Shown here one piece after another: positions 1 to 10,213 of a stretch of 64,000 bases of DNA. Below the pieces are notes generated by a model, which saw only the letters and a list, made by a program, of their open reading frames with translations, did no database searches and was not told where the DNA came from. Position 1 is the stretch's first letter, and the number at the start of each line of letters is the position of its first letter. Both the position numbers and the translations under genes were made by a program. The stretch comes from Macrostomum lignano (Eukaryota): positions 1 to 64,000 of the forward strand of contig NIVC01001879.1 of NCBI GenBank assembly GCA_002269645.1. The letters are read 5' to 3'.

Positions 1-35
1 TCTCTTGGCCAGCACCGGTAATTCATTTGGACGAC

Positions 36-2231
36 ATGAGCTCAGCAACTAACTTCCGTCAGCAACGTCAGTGGTTCAACAGTCGGAGACGCATTGGACG
101 TCAAGCTGAACCTCAGAGAAACAGTGAACGACCTGAAAGGCCCAGACAGCCTGCACTCTGCCCCGCCAAGACCACAGCAACAGCCCTTTAGCAACCAAGT
201 CGCGGCAGCGTGCAAGGGACTGTGCAGGATCCACCACCATCTGCAGAACTGGTCTCGCCCGGCAGCTCCAGTGACAGTCCGAAGGAAGGCAGATAGCCTG
301 ACCTTATTCCTCTGTCCAGCGTTCCAGAGCAAGGAGACTCACCAGCGCTTTGAATCCACGCCCTACAGTGGTGGTGCACACAACGGCGGACATGAGGACG
401 CATTACGGCACGCAGTTCGCAGCGGTGGCCGAGAAGTTGGAGCAGCTTCGACTATCTGGCCCGGTGGATGAATTCAAGACCGGCTGGCTCATAGGCGCAT
501 CCGGTGGGCCGCCAACAAGATTGGCAGAGCCTGGAGTCCCCGCATCCTTGACGGTGTGATGGAGCGCCTGCACACCCATGGGTTCAAGGCACTGGCTGGC
601 TGTTTGAGTGAACCGGATACGCAGCTCCAGGCCACGACGCATTCCCAAGCTTCGACCGCTGCCCACCTACGTCCAGTTCATTGGCTTCCATCATCGAGGA
701 GGCGTCGGAGGAGCTCATGTCCACCTTCGTGACTGGAGCTAACGCGCCAGCGGCCTCAACGGCCGGCCACGGCGACCGCGCCGGCGGCTTCATCGGCGGC
801 TTCGTCGGCGACCGCGCCGGCGGCTTCATCGGCGGTGACTGCGCCGGCGGCTTCATCGGTGGCTTCGTCGGCGGGCTCGTCGGCTTCATCGGCGGCTTCG
901 TCGGCGACCGCGCCGGCGGCTTCATCGGTGGCTTCGTCGGCGGCCTCGTCGGCGACCGCGCTGGCGGCTTCATCGGTGGCTTCGTCGGCGGCCTCGTCGG
1001 CGACTGCGCCGGCGGCCTCGTCGGCGACCGCGCCGGCGGCTTCATCGGCGGCTTCGTTGGCGGCCTCGTCGGCGACCGCGCCGGCGGCTTCATCGGCGGC
1101 TTCGTCGGCGGCCTCGTCGGCGACCACGCCGGCGGCTTCATCGGCGGCTTCGTCGGCGGCCTCGTCGGCGACCGCGCCGGCGGCTTCATCGGCGGCTTCG
1201 TCGGCGGCCTCGTCGGCGACCGCGCCGGCGGCTTCATCGGCGGCTTCGTCGGCGGCCTCGTCGGCGGCCTCGTCGGCGACCGCGCCGGCGGCTTCATCGG
1301 CGGCTTCGTCGGCGGCCTCGTCGGCGACCGCGCCGGCGGCTTCATCGGCGGCTTCGTCGGCGGCCTCGTCGGCGACTGCGCCGGCGGTTTCATCGGCGGC
1401 GACTGTACCGGCGGCTTCATCGGCGGCCTCGTCAGCTTCGACGGCTTATGAAGAGAACTCTACGGCGCCATCCGCACAGGACTGTGCCTCAATTGAGACT
1501 CCGACAAACAGGGAGGTATCCCTCCCATGACTACGTCTACTGGTGTCCCAGAGACTGTCACCGCCCGGACAAGCGAAGATGCCGCTGACTCTGGAACCCC
1601 GGCGGCCACCAGGAAGAGGCCCCCATCTGCTTCTCCGGATTCCGGGAGCCTCATGCAACCGTCGAAGACTGCCAGAAGCTTACGGGAGAACAAAGTCATC
1701 TACCACCACGGAGCCAAGAAGCACTGGAAGCTGAGGTCAAAGCAGAAGCCCACTCTGGTGATCGCTGACCAGAACGTGGAATTCGTGAAGCTGGCCTCGC
1801 CAGACCTAGAGGTGCACTGCTTCCCGGGCCTCACGCTGGACTACCTGAAGAACATCAGCAAGGTGGAGAATGCGAGTCCCGACACGGGCCGCGTCATCGT
1901 CTGGGCCGGCAACAACGACCTCCACCGTGAGAGCTTCGACTTCTCCATCGCCAAGCTCTGGAAGATGAGCCTGACCAACATCAGGAAGGCTTTCCCCGGC
2001 GCGTCAATCTGGGTGGTGCAGACCGTGTGCCCCCCCGATGCGCCGGCGCTCCAGAAGAGTAACTGTCGCAAGACGAACCAGCTCCTGAGCAGCTACCGAT
2101 CTGTCAGCCTGATCTCGCTGGACACCAAGGTCCTGACATTCCGACGGGACCAGATCAGCCTGGAGCGACAGTCTGCTGATGGGGCGTTCGCCGTCACCCT
2201 GGAGACGGTGGGCGACCTTCCAAAAAACTGA
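36..2231 (+). pseudogene. PLE ORF1: Arg-rich N-terminus, helical domain, Ala/Ser-rich linker, C-terminal SGNH/GDSL-fold (esterase-like) domain; about 7 indels as assembled
   Basis: ATG at 36 (MSSATNFRQQRQWFNSRRRIGR). Plausible protein continues across frame changes near 155, 350-370, 480, 662, 770 and 1527. Segment 1527-2231 is open and has SGNH-like blocks LVIADQNV / CFPGLT / WAGNND. The upstream stitching is my reconstruction. Confidence 0.65.
775..1440 (+). repeat. GC-rich ~48-bp VNTR (GGCGACCGCGCCGGCGGCTTCATCGGCGGCTTCGTCGGCGGCCTCGTC) inside ORF1; probable frame ATAPAASSAASS
   Basis: Direct tandem units with 12-bp subunits. The array explains the four overlapping repeat ORFs (584-1420, 681-1451, 756-1127, 835-1530). 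Confidence 0.9.
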
Positions 2232-4473
2232 GCGGGCCGGGGGCGAGCCATGGGCCCCCCAACTGAGGGTGACGAACCTCTCCAGCCGCGCTCTCGCACC
2301 GACTGAACTGCAACTGCTGGAGCGCGGCCAGTCCTTCGTAGTGGCTCCTCGGTGCACCTCGGCGGAGTCACTGGCGTCCGGCGTCCGCGACTTTGGCGAG
2401 CGTCTGGCCGTGTCGGCGGCTCGCGGCTTCAAGCGCGAACTGACGGTGAACGACGGTCCGCCGCTTCCCCGCCGCCCAACGGCCAGCATCGATCCGAGCC
2501 GCCTCCGGCCCGAAATTCAAGCCGCTCTGGCGGAGCTGGACGACGTCAGGGAGAACATCCGGGACTGCAGGAACGCTCCTAACATCAGTCAGGCGGAGGC
2601 GAAGGCACTGCGAGATCTACGGGCAGACAAGTCCATCGTCATCAAGCCGGCCGACAAGGGCAGCCAGCTGGTCATCCTGGACCGGCAGGACTATGTCCGT
2701 GAATGCCTGCGTCAGCTGGACGACCCGGCCTTCTACCGCCTCTGAACGAGCCGATCAACCGCTTCACGGCCCAGAGAATCCGCGCCGTCTTCCAGTCGCT
2801 ACTGGACCGCAGGCTTATCGACAAACGCCAGTTCACCGCCTTCTGTCCGAAGGAGGAGTTCCGGACGCGACGCTTTTACATCCTGCCAAAGATTCACAAG
2901 CCTGCCGAGTCGTGGCCGCTCGGCGACATCCCGCCAGGCCGGCCCATCGTGTCTGACGTGGACAGCGAATCATATGCCAGCGGCCGCTTCATCGACAGCT
3001 TCCTGCAGCCGATCGTCATCCAGCTGCCCAGCTTCATCAGGGATACCGATCATTTCCAGGCGGCCATCAGAGACATCACCTGCCCGGCGCGGGGCGAGAC
3101 CTTTCTGTTCACCATGGACGTCGCCAGCCTTTACACTAACATCCCGACCGCGGCCGGACTCGAGTGCGTACAGAGGGCCTTCAGAGAGCACCCGGACGCC
3201 CGGCGCCCGGACGCGAGCCTCCTCAGTTTGCTCAAGCTGAACCTGGAGCGCAACGACTTCGAGTTCGATGGCAAATTTTTCTGCAATGCAAGTGAAAGGC
3301 ACGGCCATGGGAAAATCGTTTGCGCCCAGCTACAGTAACATCTACATGGGCTACTGGGAGCAGCGGGGCCTGGAGCTCAGCCCGCAGAAGCCCGCCCTGT
3401 GGCTGCGCTACATCGACGACATCTTCGGCGTCTGGCACGGAACGAGAGACGAGCTGGTCCGCTTCCACGAGCTCCTGGATGGCCTCGACCCGAACATCAG
3501 GTTGCAGCTGAGCTACAGCAGCACCGAGGTCAACTTCCTGGATACCACCGTCTTCTGGGACCGCGAGGGTGACGTTAAGCGCCTGGCAACTAAGGTGTAT
3601 TTTAAGCCGACCGACAGCCGAACGCTCATTCACCGCGACTCTTTCCACCCGAAGCGGACGTTCCGGGGCGTGGTGAAGTCCCAGCTCCTCAGATACGCCC
3701 GGCGGTGTTCCCTGATGGCCGATTTCGACGCAGCGTGCACCGGGCTGTTTTCAAGTCTGGTGCAACACCAGGGCTACAATCGGCGGTTCCTGCGCACGAT
3801 CAAGTACGAGATGCTGACGGAGCTGGGCTTCTACCCGACGAGACGGTGGGAATTCGGCTTTCTGCCGTGCAACCCGACCCGGCTGTGCAGGTGCTGCCAG
3901 GCACACGCCAGGTTCGCCTCCGTCTGCCCCGGATCAGCAGCCACGACAGTCCAGCTCATCATCAGTCAGCGGATCGACTGCAACGCCACCAACGCCGTCT
4001 ATGCCGTGTTCTGCCGCCGGTGCGACCACACGATCTACGTAGGCGAGACCGCCAACAGCATCCGCGGCCGCATGCTGGCGCACATCGGCGACATCCGGCA
4101 CGCCCGTGACACTCCGGTGGCCCGCCATTTCACCAGTGATGGCCACAGTCTGGCGGACTTCGCCTTCACCGGCATCTGGTCTCGTGACGGCACGGGACCC
4201 AGAGCGAACGAGCGGCGGCAGCGCCACGAGGCCAAGCTCATCGAGGTGTTAAAGACTCAAACCCCGCACGGCGTCAACGAGCTTGCCGGCACGCTGCACA
4301 ACCCGGCCATCCCGCTGATCCTGCCCCATTGTGCGAGGTCGGACGCCCTGGTGGCCGCGGTGAAGGACCGCGTGGCCCGGTGCTGCGAGGCGCCGGTGCT
4401 GCCCGCCTACACCAAAGGGCGGAACCTCCGGCAGCTGCTCTGTCCCAGTCGACTGGAGTCCACCACTGATTGA
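2179..4473 (+). CDS. PLE ORF2: reverse transcriptase + GIY-YIG endonuclease (frameshifted at ~2742 and ~3285 as assembled)
   Basis: ORFs 2179-2745, 2703-3338 and 3268-4473 join into one RT-EN protein: IVIKPADKG...LILDR..Y, FYILPKIHK...PGRPIVS, YIDD, FLDTTV, VYFKPTDS, GIY-YIG. Stop TGA at 4471-4473. Confidence 0.9.
2222..2260 (+). promoter_or_regulatory. Candidate programmed ribosomal frameshift signal at the ORF1/ORF2 junction
   Basis: A_AAA_AAC at 2222-2228 is in ORF1 phase directly before TGA. After a 5-nt spacer come GC stems (GGGCC 2234-2238/GGCCC 2253-2257, or GGGGGC 2239-2244/GCCCCC 2254-2259). Confidence 0.4.
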
Positions 4474-5077
4474 ATTTTTGTATTTTTTCCTTTTGATTTT
4501 TTACTTCACTTTCCCTTCTACTTACCTTTGTCAGACCGTGCCGGTACCTACCAAGCCTTTTGTTGCTCCTTTCTTAGAAATTTTTTTATTCTCATCGCTA
4601 GCCCAAGCACAGCTTTTGTATATTCTCAGCATTTATTCTGCATCAACATTTCTATTGTTTCTTGACACCCTGTACTTTTTATTACACTTTTTACTTTTAC
4701 TCTTTTGCTTATCGTACAATTGCTCTTTTTTAAGTTTTTGAGGGCCTTTCACCTTATTTATTTATTTATTGATTTACTGCTTATTTATTTATTGAGGTCA
4801 ATTTTGTAAAGTGCTTAGAGTCACTCTTTCCCCTTTTTAGACACCGGTGCAGTCGCACTATTCCATTATTTATTTCGTGTGTAGGATCGCTGCAGCCCAC
4901 GTGCGGTTCACTTTATTTGTGCACTGTTTTTTATTTTGCATTTTCAACTCTAATAGTGTTTTATCGACTCACACCAAGTGTACATACCGTACGCTCTCTA
5001 TCTACCTGCCTACTCTCTCTCCCCTCTAACCCGCCTATTTAATAACTTTTACAACACCACTTGTCGCTACTTTTCAT

Positions 5078-5118
5078 TTGCCCTGACGAAGAATTTACCT
5101 AATTCGAAATATCGGCAA
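5078..5118 (+). ncRNA. Minimal type I hammerhead ribozyme (PLE-associated); predicted cleavage 3' of C5113
   Basis: Helix I TTGCC(5078-5082)/GGCAA(5114-5118). Core CTGACGA(5083-5089)+A. Helix II GAATT(5091-5095)/AATTC(5101-5105). GAAA(5106-5109) followed by TATC, giving a palindromic ATAT helix III. Confidence 0.85.
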
Positions 5119-5183
5119 CTTAAATCATCTTGACTTGTTTGTCCTTTTTACATGTACGCGTCCGTGCCTGAGATTGGAGGCGC

Positions 5184-5342
5184 CCTCCTCTCTCTCTCTC
5201 TCTCCCTCTCTCTCTCTCTATCTCACTCCTCTCTCTCCCTCTCTCTCTCTCCTCTCCTTCTCTCCTCTCTCCTCTCTCTCCTCTCCTCTCTCTCCTCCTT
5301 TCTCTCCCTCTCCTCTCTCTCCCTCTCGTCTCTATCCCTTTC

Positions 5343-5430
<88 letters not shown>

Positions 5431-5450
5431 CTCGCCTCCTCTCCTCTCGC
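5184..5450 (+). repeat. (CT)n / CT-rich microsatellite
   Basis: Long perfect CT run at ~5348-5425 plus degenerate flank. Confidence 0.95.
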
Positions 5451-5934
5451 TGTTTATTCATAAGAAGATAGCAAGCCAAGAATCCAAGCAAATTTGCCTT
5501 GTGTTATCTTCTTGTTGCTTCTTCTTCAATTATTTGTGACTAGCTATTCAGCAAGGCATTCACTTTCCATTTGATTTCTCATTCACACTTCTCTTAGCAT
5601 ACACATGACGCATTGGAGGCTACACTGCCAGTTAATAACTGATTCACATGCTTGGGGTCGGGGGCGCCCTTCTTGGCTTAACCTTGCCTAACTTCGGCTG
5701 CTATGTATCGGTTTTGTGTTTAACAGCTTAGCTATCTGGTTTGGCGTTTGGCTCTGGGTTAATCTGCGCTTAGTCAGCTGTACATGTAGCTGCATTCGTG
5801 TCAATGTGTATAGCTACTCTCATGCTTCTTTTAGCTCGTGTTACTGTTGCTGTTGTTAGTGATCAAGTCTTTCTTTATTAATGTAGAATCTGTTCACAAA
5901 TTTTCGCTTGCGGTCCAACAGGACTACCCACTCC

Positions 5935-7130
5935 CCCTATCCCCATTCCTCTCCTCTTCTCTCTTCCTCAACCTCCCAACCCCTCTCTCTTATCCTCTCC
6001 TCATTCTACCCTCCCCATTGTTCTCCCTCTTCTCCCTTTTCCTTCCCTCTATCCATCTCTCCCCTCCTCTCCCTCTCTCCTCTCCCTCTCTCCTCTCCTC
6101 TCCTCTCCCTCTCCTCTCTCTCTCCCTCTCTCTCCTCTCCCTCTCCTCCCCTCTCTTCCCTCCCTCCCTCTTCTCTCCCTCTCTTCTCCCCCTCTCCCCC
6201 TCTCTCCCTCTCTCCTCTCCCTCTCTTCCTCTACCTCTCTCCTCTCCCTCTCCTCCCCTCTCTTCCCTCTCTCCCTCTTCTCTCCCTCCCTCTTCTCTTC
6301 CTCTCTCCTCCCCTCTATTCCCTCTCTCCCTCTTCTCTCCCTCTCTTCCCCCCTCTCCCCCTCTCTCCCTCTCTCCTCTCCCTCTCTCCTCTCCCTCTCT
6401 CCTCTTCCTCTCTCCTCTCCTCTCTCCTCTCCCTCTCTCCTCTCCTCTCTCCTCTCCCTCTCTCCTCTCCCTCTCTCCTCTCCCTCTCCTCTCCCTCTCT
6501 CCTCTCCCTCTCCTCTCCCTCTCTCCTCTCCCTCTCCTCCCCTCTCTTCCCTCTCTCCCTCTTCTCTCCCTCCTTCTTCTCTCCCTCCCTCTTCTCTCCC
6601 TCTCTCCTCTCCCTCTCCTTTCCCTCTCTCCTCTCCTCTCTCCTCTCCCTCTCTCCTCTCCTCTCTCCTCTCCCTCTCTCCTCTCCCTCTCCTCCCCTCT
6701 CTTCCCTCCCTCCCTCTTCTCTCCCTCTCTTCTCCCCCTCTCCCCCTCTCTCCCTCTCTCCTCTCCCTCTCTTCCTCTACCTCTCTCCTCTCCCTCTCCT
6801 CTCCTCTCCCTCTCCTCCCCTCTCTTCCCTCTCTCCCTCTTCTCTCCCTCCCTCTTCTCTTCCTCTCTCCTCCCCTCTCTTCCCTCTCTCCCTCTTCTCT
6901 CCCTCTCTTCCCCCCTCTCCCCCTCTCTCCCTCTCTCCTCTCCCTCTCTCCTCTCCCTCTCTCCTCTTCCTCTCTCCTCTCCCTCTCTCCTCTCCCTCTC
7001 CTCCCGTCTCTTCCCTCTCTCCCTCTTCTCTCCCTCTTCCCCTCTCTCCATTTCTCTCCTCTCCCTCTTCCTCTACCTCTTTCCCTCTCTTTCCCTCTCT
7101 CATCTCCTCATCCTCCCTCTCCCCCTCTCA
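5935..7130 (+). repeat. Polypyrimidine CT-rich degenerate tandem tract
   Basis: About 1.2 kb almost exclusively C/T (CTCTCCTCTCC-type units). Confidence 0.95.
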
Positions 7131-8185
7131 ATACATCCTCCTATTCTGTTGGTCTATCCGCCATTTCCGCCAGTCTCTCTCTACTTGCATACTCGCCAAA
7201 TCTCACTCGACTCCGGAGCCCCAGTCCGCTCTGATCCCCAGTTTAGCTTCCGCATACTCTGTTTATTCCCGCATCTAAGCTAGCTGGCTTTCCCCACATG
7301 AATTAATCATTACTCACTGGTCGCTAGAGGTTGTTTCTTTGAAATAGAGTACTCTCGAAAACTCTTTCCATTACTGAGTAGGTTTTCTTCCCCCTTTTCA
7401 GCTTAATCCTGCTAGCATCTTGGTAGGCTCAGTGAAATTGAAGTACTTGTCCAACTCTTCTCTAATTCTTAATGGAACTGATGCAAAAGCATTAGAAAGG
7501 AAACTACTCGCTCGGAATGACCTGAGGTGACTCTTTGTTAGTTTTTTTTTCAAAGAAAAATATTGACCGTTTGCTCAACCATCTACTGAACTCAAAGAAA
7601 AAAAAATTGAAAAGTGGAAAGTTGAAAAGATTCAGATCATCAATAGGGACTCCATTTGAGGCCATGAAGCCCAACCCCCAAGTCACACACACACAGTATT
7701 GGCGCGGTTGTATGTGTTCAGGAGTGAGCAGAATGGTCAGAATTGCGTTGTTCCTTAACTAATTTTATTTTCTAGCCATTAGCATAATTACGCAGTTTAA
7801 TGTGTGTGTTTTTTCACAGATTATAACTATATATGTTAATTTATATAATACGTAAATATTCTACGCTTATCTCTGTCGGCATTCGCACCATCTGTAGCAT
7901 TTTAAACATTTATGCAGATCAAAGCATTTTTTTCGGCAACTTTGATAATTGCGTGCGTGTACGCTCGTATGTGTAAACTTTCTTCTAGATTGCCTGTACC
8001 AAAATGTTGTGGCCAGGGCGTTTATCACTTCATTTATTTCTTATTTAGAACTTATTGGCAGCAGCTCTTTCTCAGCTTTTCGCATAATTCAAAGGTCAGT
8101 TTTTTCTTATTTTTCTTTACTGGCGGCTTTTAGAAGCCTTTTAATTGTGCTCCCATGTTGGTTCAAGCTTCTTGGGTTTCTTTTG

Positions 8186-8186
<1 letters not shown>

Positions 8187-8284
<98 letters not shown>

Positions 8285-8285
8285 G

Positions 8286-8350
<65 letters not shown>

Positions 8351-8616
8351 GTCTGTCTGTCTGTCTGTCTATCTGTCTGTTTGTCTGTATGTCATTCTGT
8401 CTGCTGTCTGTCTGTCTGTCTATCTGTCTGTCTATCTGTCTGTCTGTCTGTCTGTCGTTCTGTCTGTCTATCTGTCTGTTTGTCTGTATGTCATTCTGTC
8501 TGCTGTCTGTCTGTCTGTCTATCTGTCTGTCTGTCTGTCTATCTGTCTGTCTGTCTGTCTGTCTATCTGTCTGTTTGTCTGTATGTCATTCTGTCTGCTG
8601 TCTGTCTGTCTGTCTA

Positions 8617-8649
<33 letters not shown>

Positions 8650-8650
8650 T
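8187..8650 (+). repeat. (TCTG)n microsatellite with interruptions
   Basis: Direct observation. Confidence 0.95.
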
Positions 8651-8925
8651 TTCCATCTATAACATTTTCAAGTAGACTATTTAAATAATGCCTTTAAAGG
8701 TTTTAGATGTATCGCAATTAATGTTATTTCTTACACACTTGAGGTATAAAAATGAAATCTGCTTTTGACCATCTAAAATTTAGCTACCAATATTCTAGTC
8801 CTCTTGGGCTGACATTATGACAAGCACACACCACACCATCGCTCAGGCACACTTTTGCCCTTTACAAGTGTTTGCTGATGTAGTGTGGCTACTGCAGTGT
8901 CAAATGAATGTAAACTGTAAAACTT

Positions 8926-8967
<42 letters not shown>

Positions 8968-9539
8968 TGACTTTCACATCGAAAAAAAAACAGTTTTGGA
9001 GAATATTTTATAAATATGTGTATTTTTCTGTACTTCTGTGACTTCTATAACCGTATCTATCTCCTCTCTTGCAGTACTATCTTTTGTTTAACTATTTATA
9101 TACTATGCATATTTTTATTATTTAATGCATAGAATCCATGTGTACATTCAGTCTGCCGCCAAGACTGATATTGGGACTGCAGTAATTAAGGCGAGTGTGT
9201 GGGGCTCGATGTTGATAGTATGGAAATGCAATGTACAGTTTTTAATGTACACAGTTAGGCTAGAGTTTTTTTATTATCATAGATATCATAGTTTCAGTGG
9301 GCTTTTGCTGCCGGCTCTGTACTCCTGTGCCTCTCTCTCCGTAAAATTGCCTGATTTTATTGCCAGATATCGGGAGCTGTTAGAGCTTGGGTCTTTCTAG
9401 TTTATGATACTATGGCTACTTGCTGAATCGCGTTAAAGCTTCCCTTTTAATATACAGTGTTGTAGACAGCTGACTAGGATGAACTACTTTTAGTAGCGGT
9501 TTGACACTTTCCTTATTTTTTATGGGAAATGGTCAAGCC

Positions 9540-10035
9540 AGATTCTCAGTTGCTGGGCCAGCAGCCTTCCAGATCCTCAGTTTCTGGGCCACCAGCCTCC
9601 CCCTCCCCCAGGTCCTCAGTTTCTGGGCCAGCCTCCCAGATCCTCAGTTGCTGGGCCAGCCTCCCAGATCCGCAGTTGCTGAGCCAGCCTCCCAGATCCG
9701 CAGTTGCTGAGCCAGCCTCCCAGATCCGCAGTTGCTGAGCCAGCCTCCCAGATCCGCAGTTGCTGAGCCAGCCTCCCAGATCCCCAGTTGCTGGGCCAGC
9801 CTCCCAGATCCGCAGTTGCTGAGCCAGCCTCCCAGATCCGCAGTTGCTGAGCCAGCCTCCCAGATCCGCAGTTGCTGAGCCAGCCTCCCAGATCCGCAGT
9901 TGCTGAGCCAGCCTCCGAGATCCTCAATTGCTGGGCCAGCCTCCGAGATCCTCAATTGCTGGGCCAGCCTCCGAGATCCTCAATTGCTGGGCCAGCCTCC
10001 GAGATCCTCAATTGCTGGGCCAGCCTCCCAGATCC
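9540..10035 (+). repeat. 28-bp minisatellite (GTTGCTGRGCCAGCCTCCCAGATCCKCA)
   Basis: About 17 tandem units; same family as 15212-15660. Confidence 0.95.
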
Positions 10036-10213
10036 TGCAGCTTGCACATTGTTTTTTCATCCTGTATGTCATTTTTAGTTTTGCCAAACCAAACAACTTT
10101 AGCTGACAGCTTTTAGCGATAATTTCTAACACATATTTAAGTATTTTCTTTCTTCACAATGCATAGCGCCTCCATCTATCTGATCTGTGTGTCTGTCTCT
10201 CTCAATCCCACAG

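Larger units (their letters stand above)
1..5160 (+). mobile_element. Penelope-like retroelement (endonuclease-positive, Neptune-like), two ORFs, hammerhead in 3' region; 5' end probably outside the window, 3' end approximate
   Basis: RT motifs (FTMDVASLYTNIP, GTAMGKSFAPSYSNIYM, LRYIDDIFGVW) are followed by a Cys linker (CNPTRLCRCC) and a GIY-YIG nuclease with CCHH (NAVYAVFCRRCDHTIYVGET...R...H...VARHF...GH). A hammerhead lies at 5078-5118. This domain order is the established PLE signature. Confidence 0.92.

Noticed and set aside
681-1451. Gly-rich GDRAGGFIGGFV ORF as a real protein
   Set aside because: It is an alternative frame of the VNTR; flanking sequence favours the Ala/Ser frame, though this is not proven.
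5838-7283. Long L/S/P and E/R/G ORFs here and at 20144-21640, 32508-32995 and 40759-41770
   Set aside because: These are stop-free frames of CT/GA repeats with no domain content.
7398-7521. Minus-strand exon-like 40-codon stretch (SFRASSFLSNAFASVPLRIREELDKYFNF) after a CTAAC...CAG acceptor
   Set aside because: It is short and unrecognised, and no partner exon was found.
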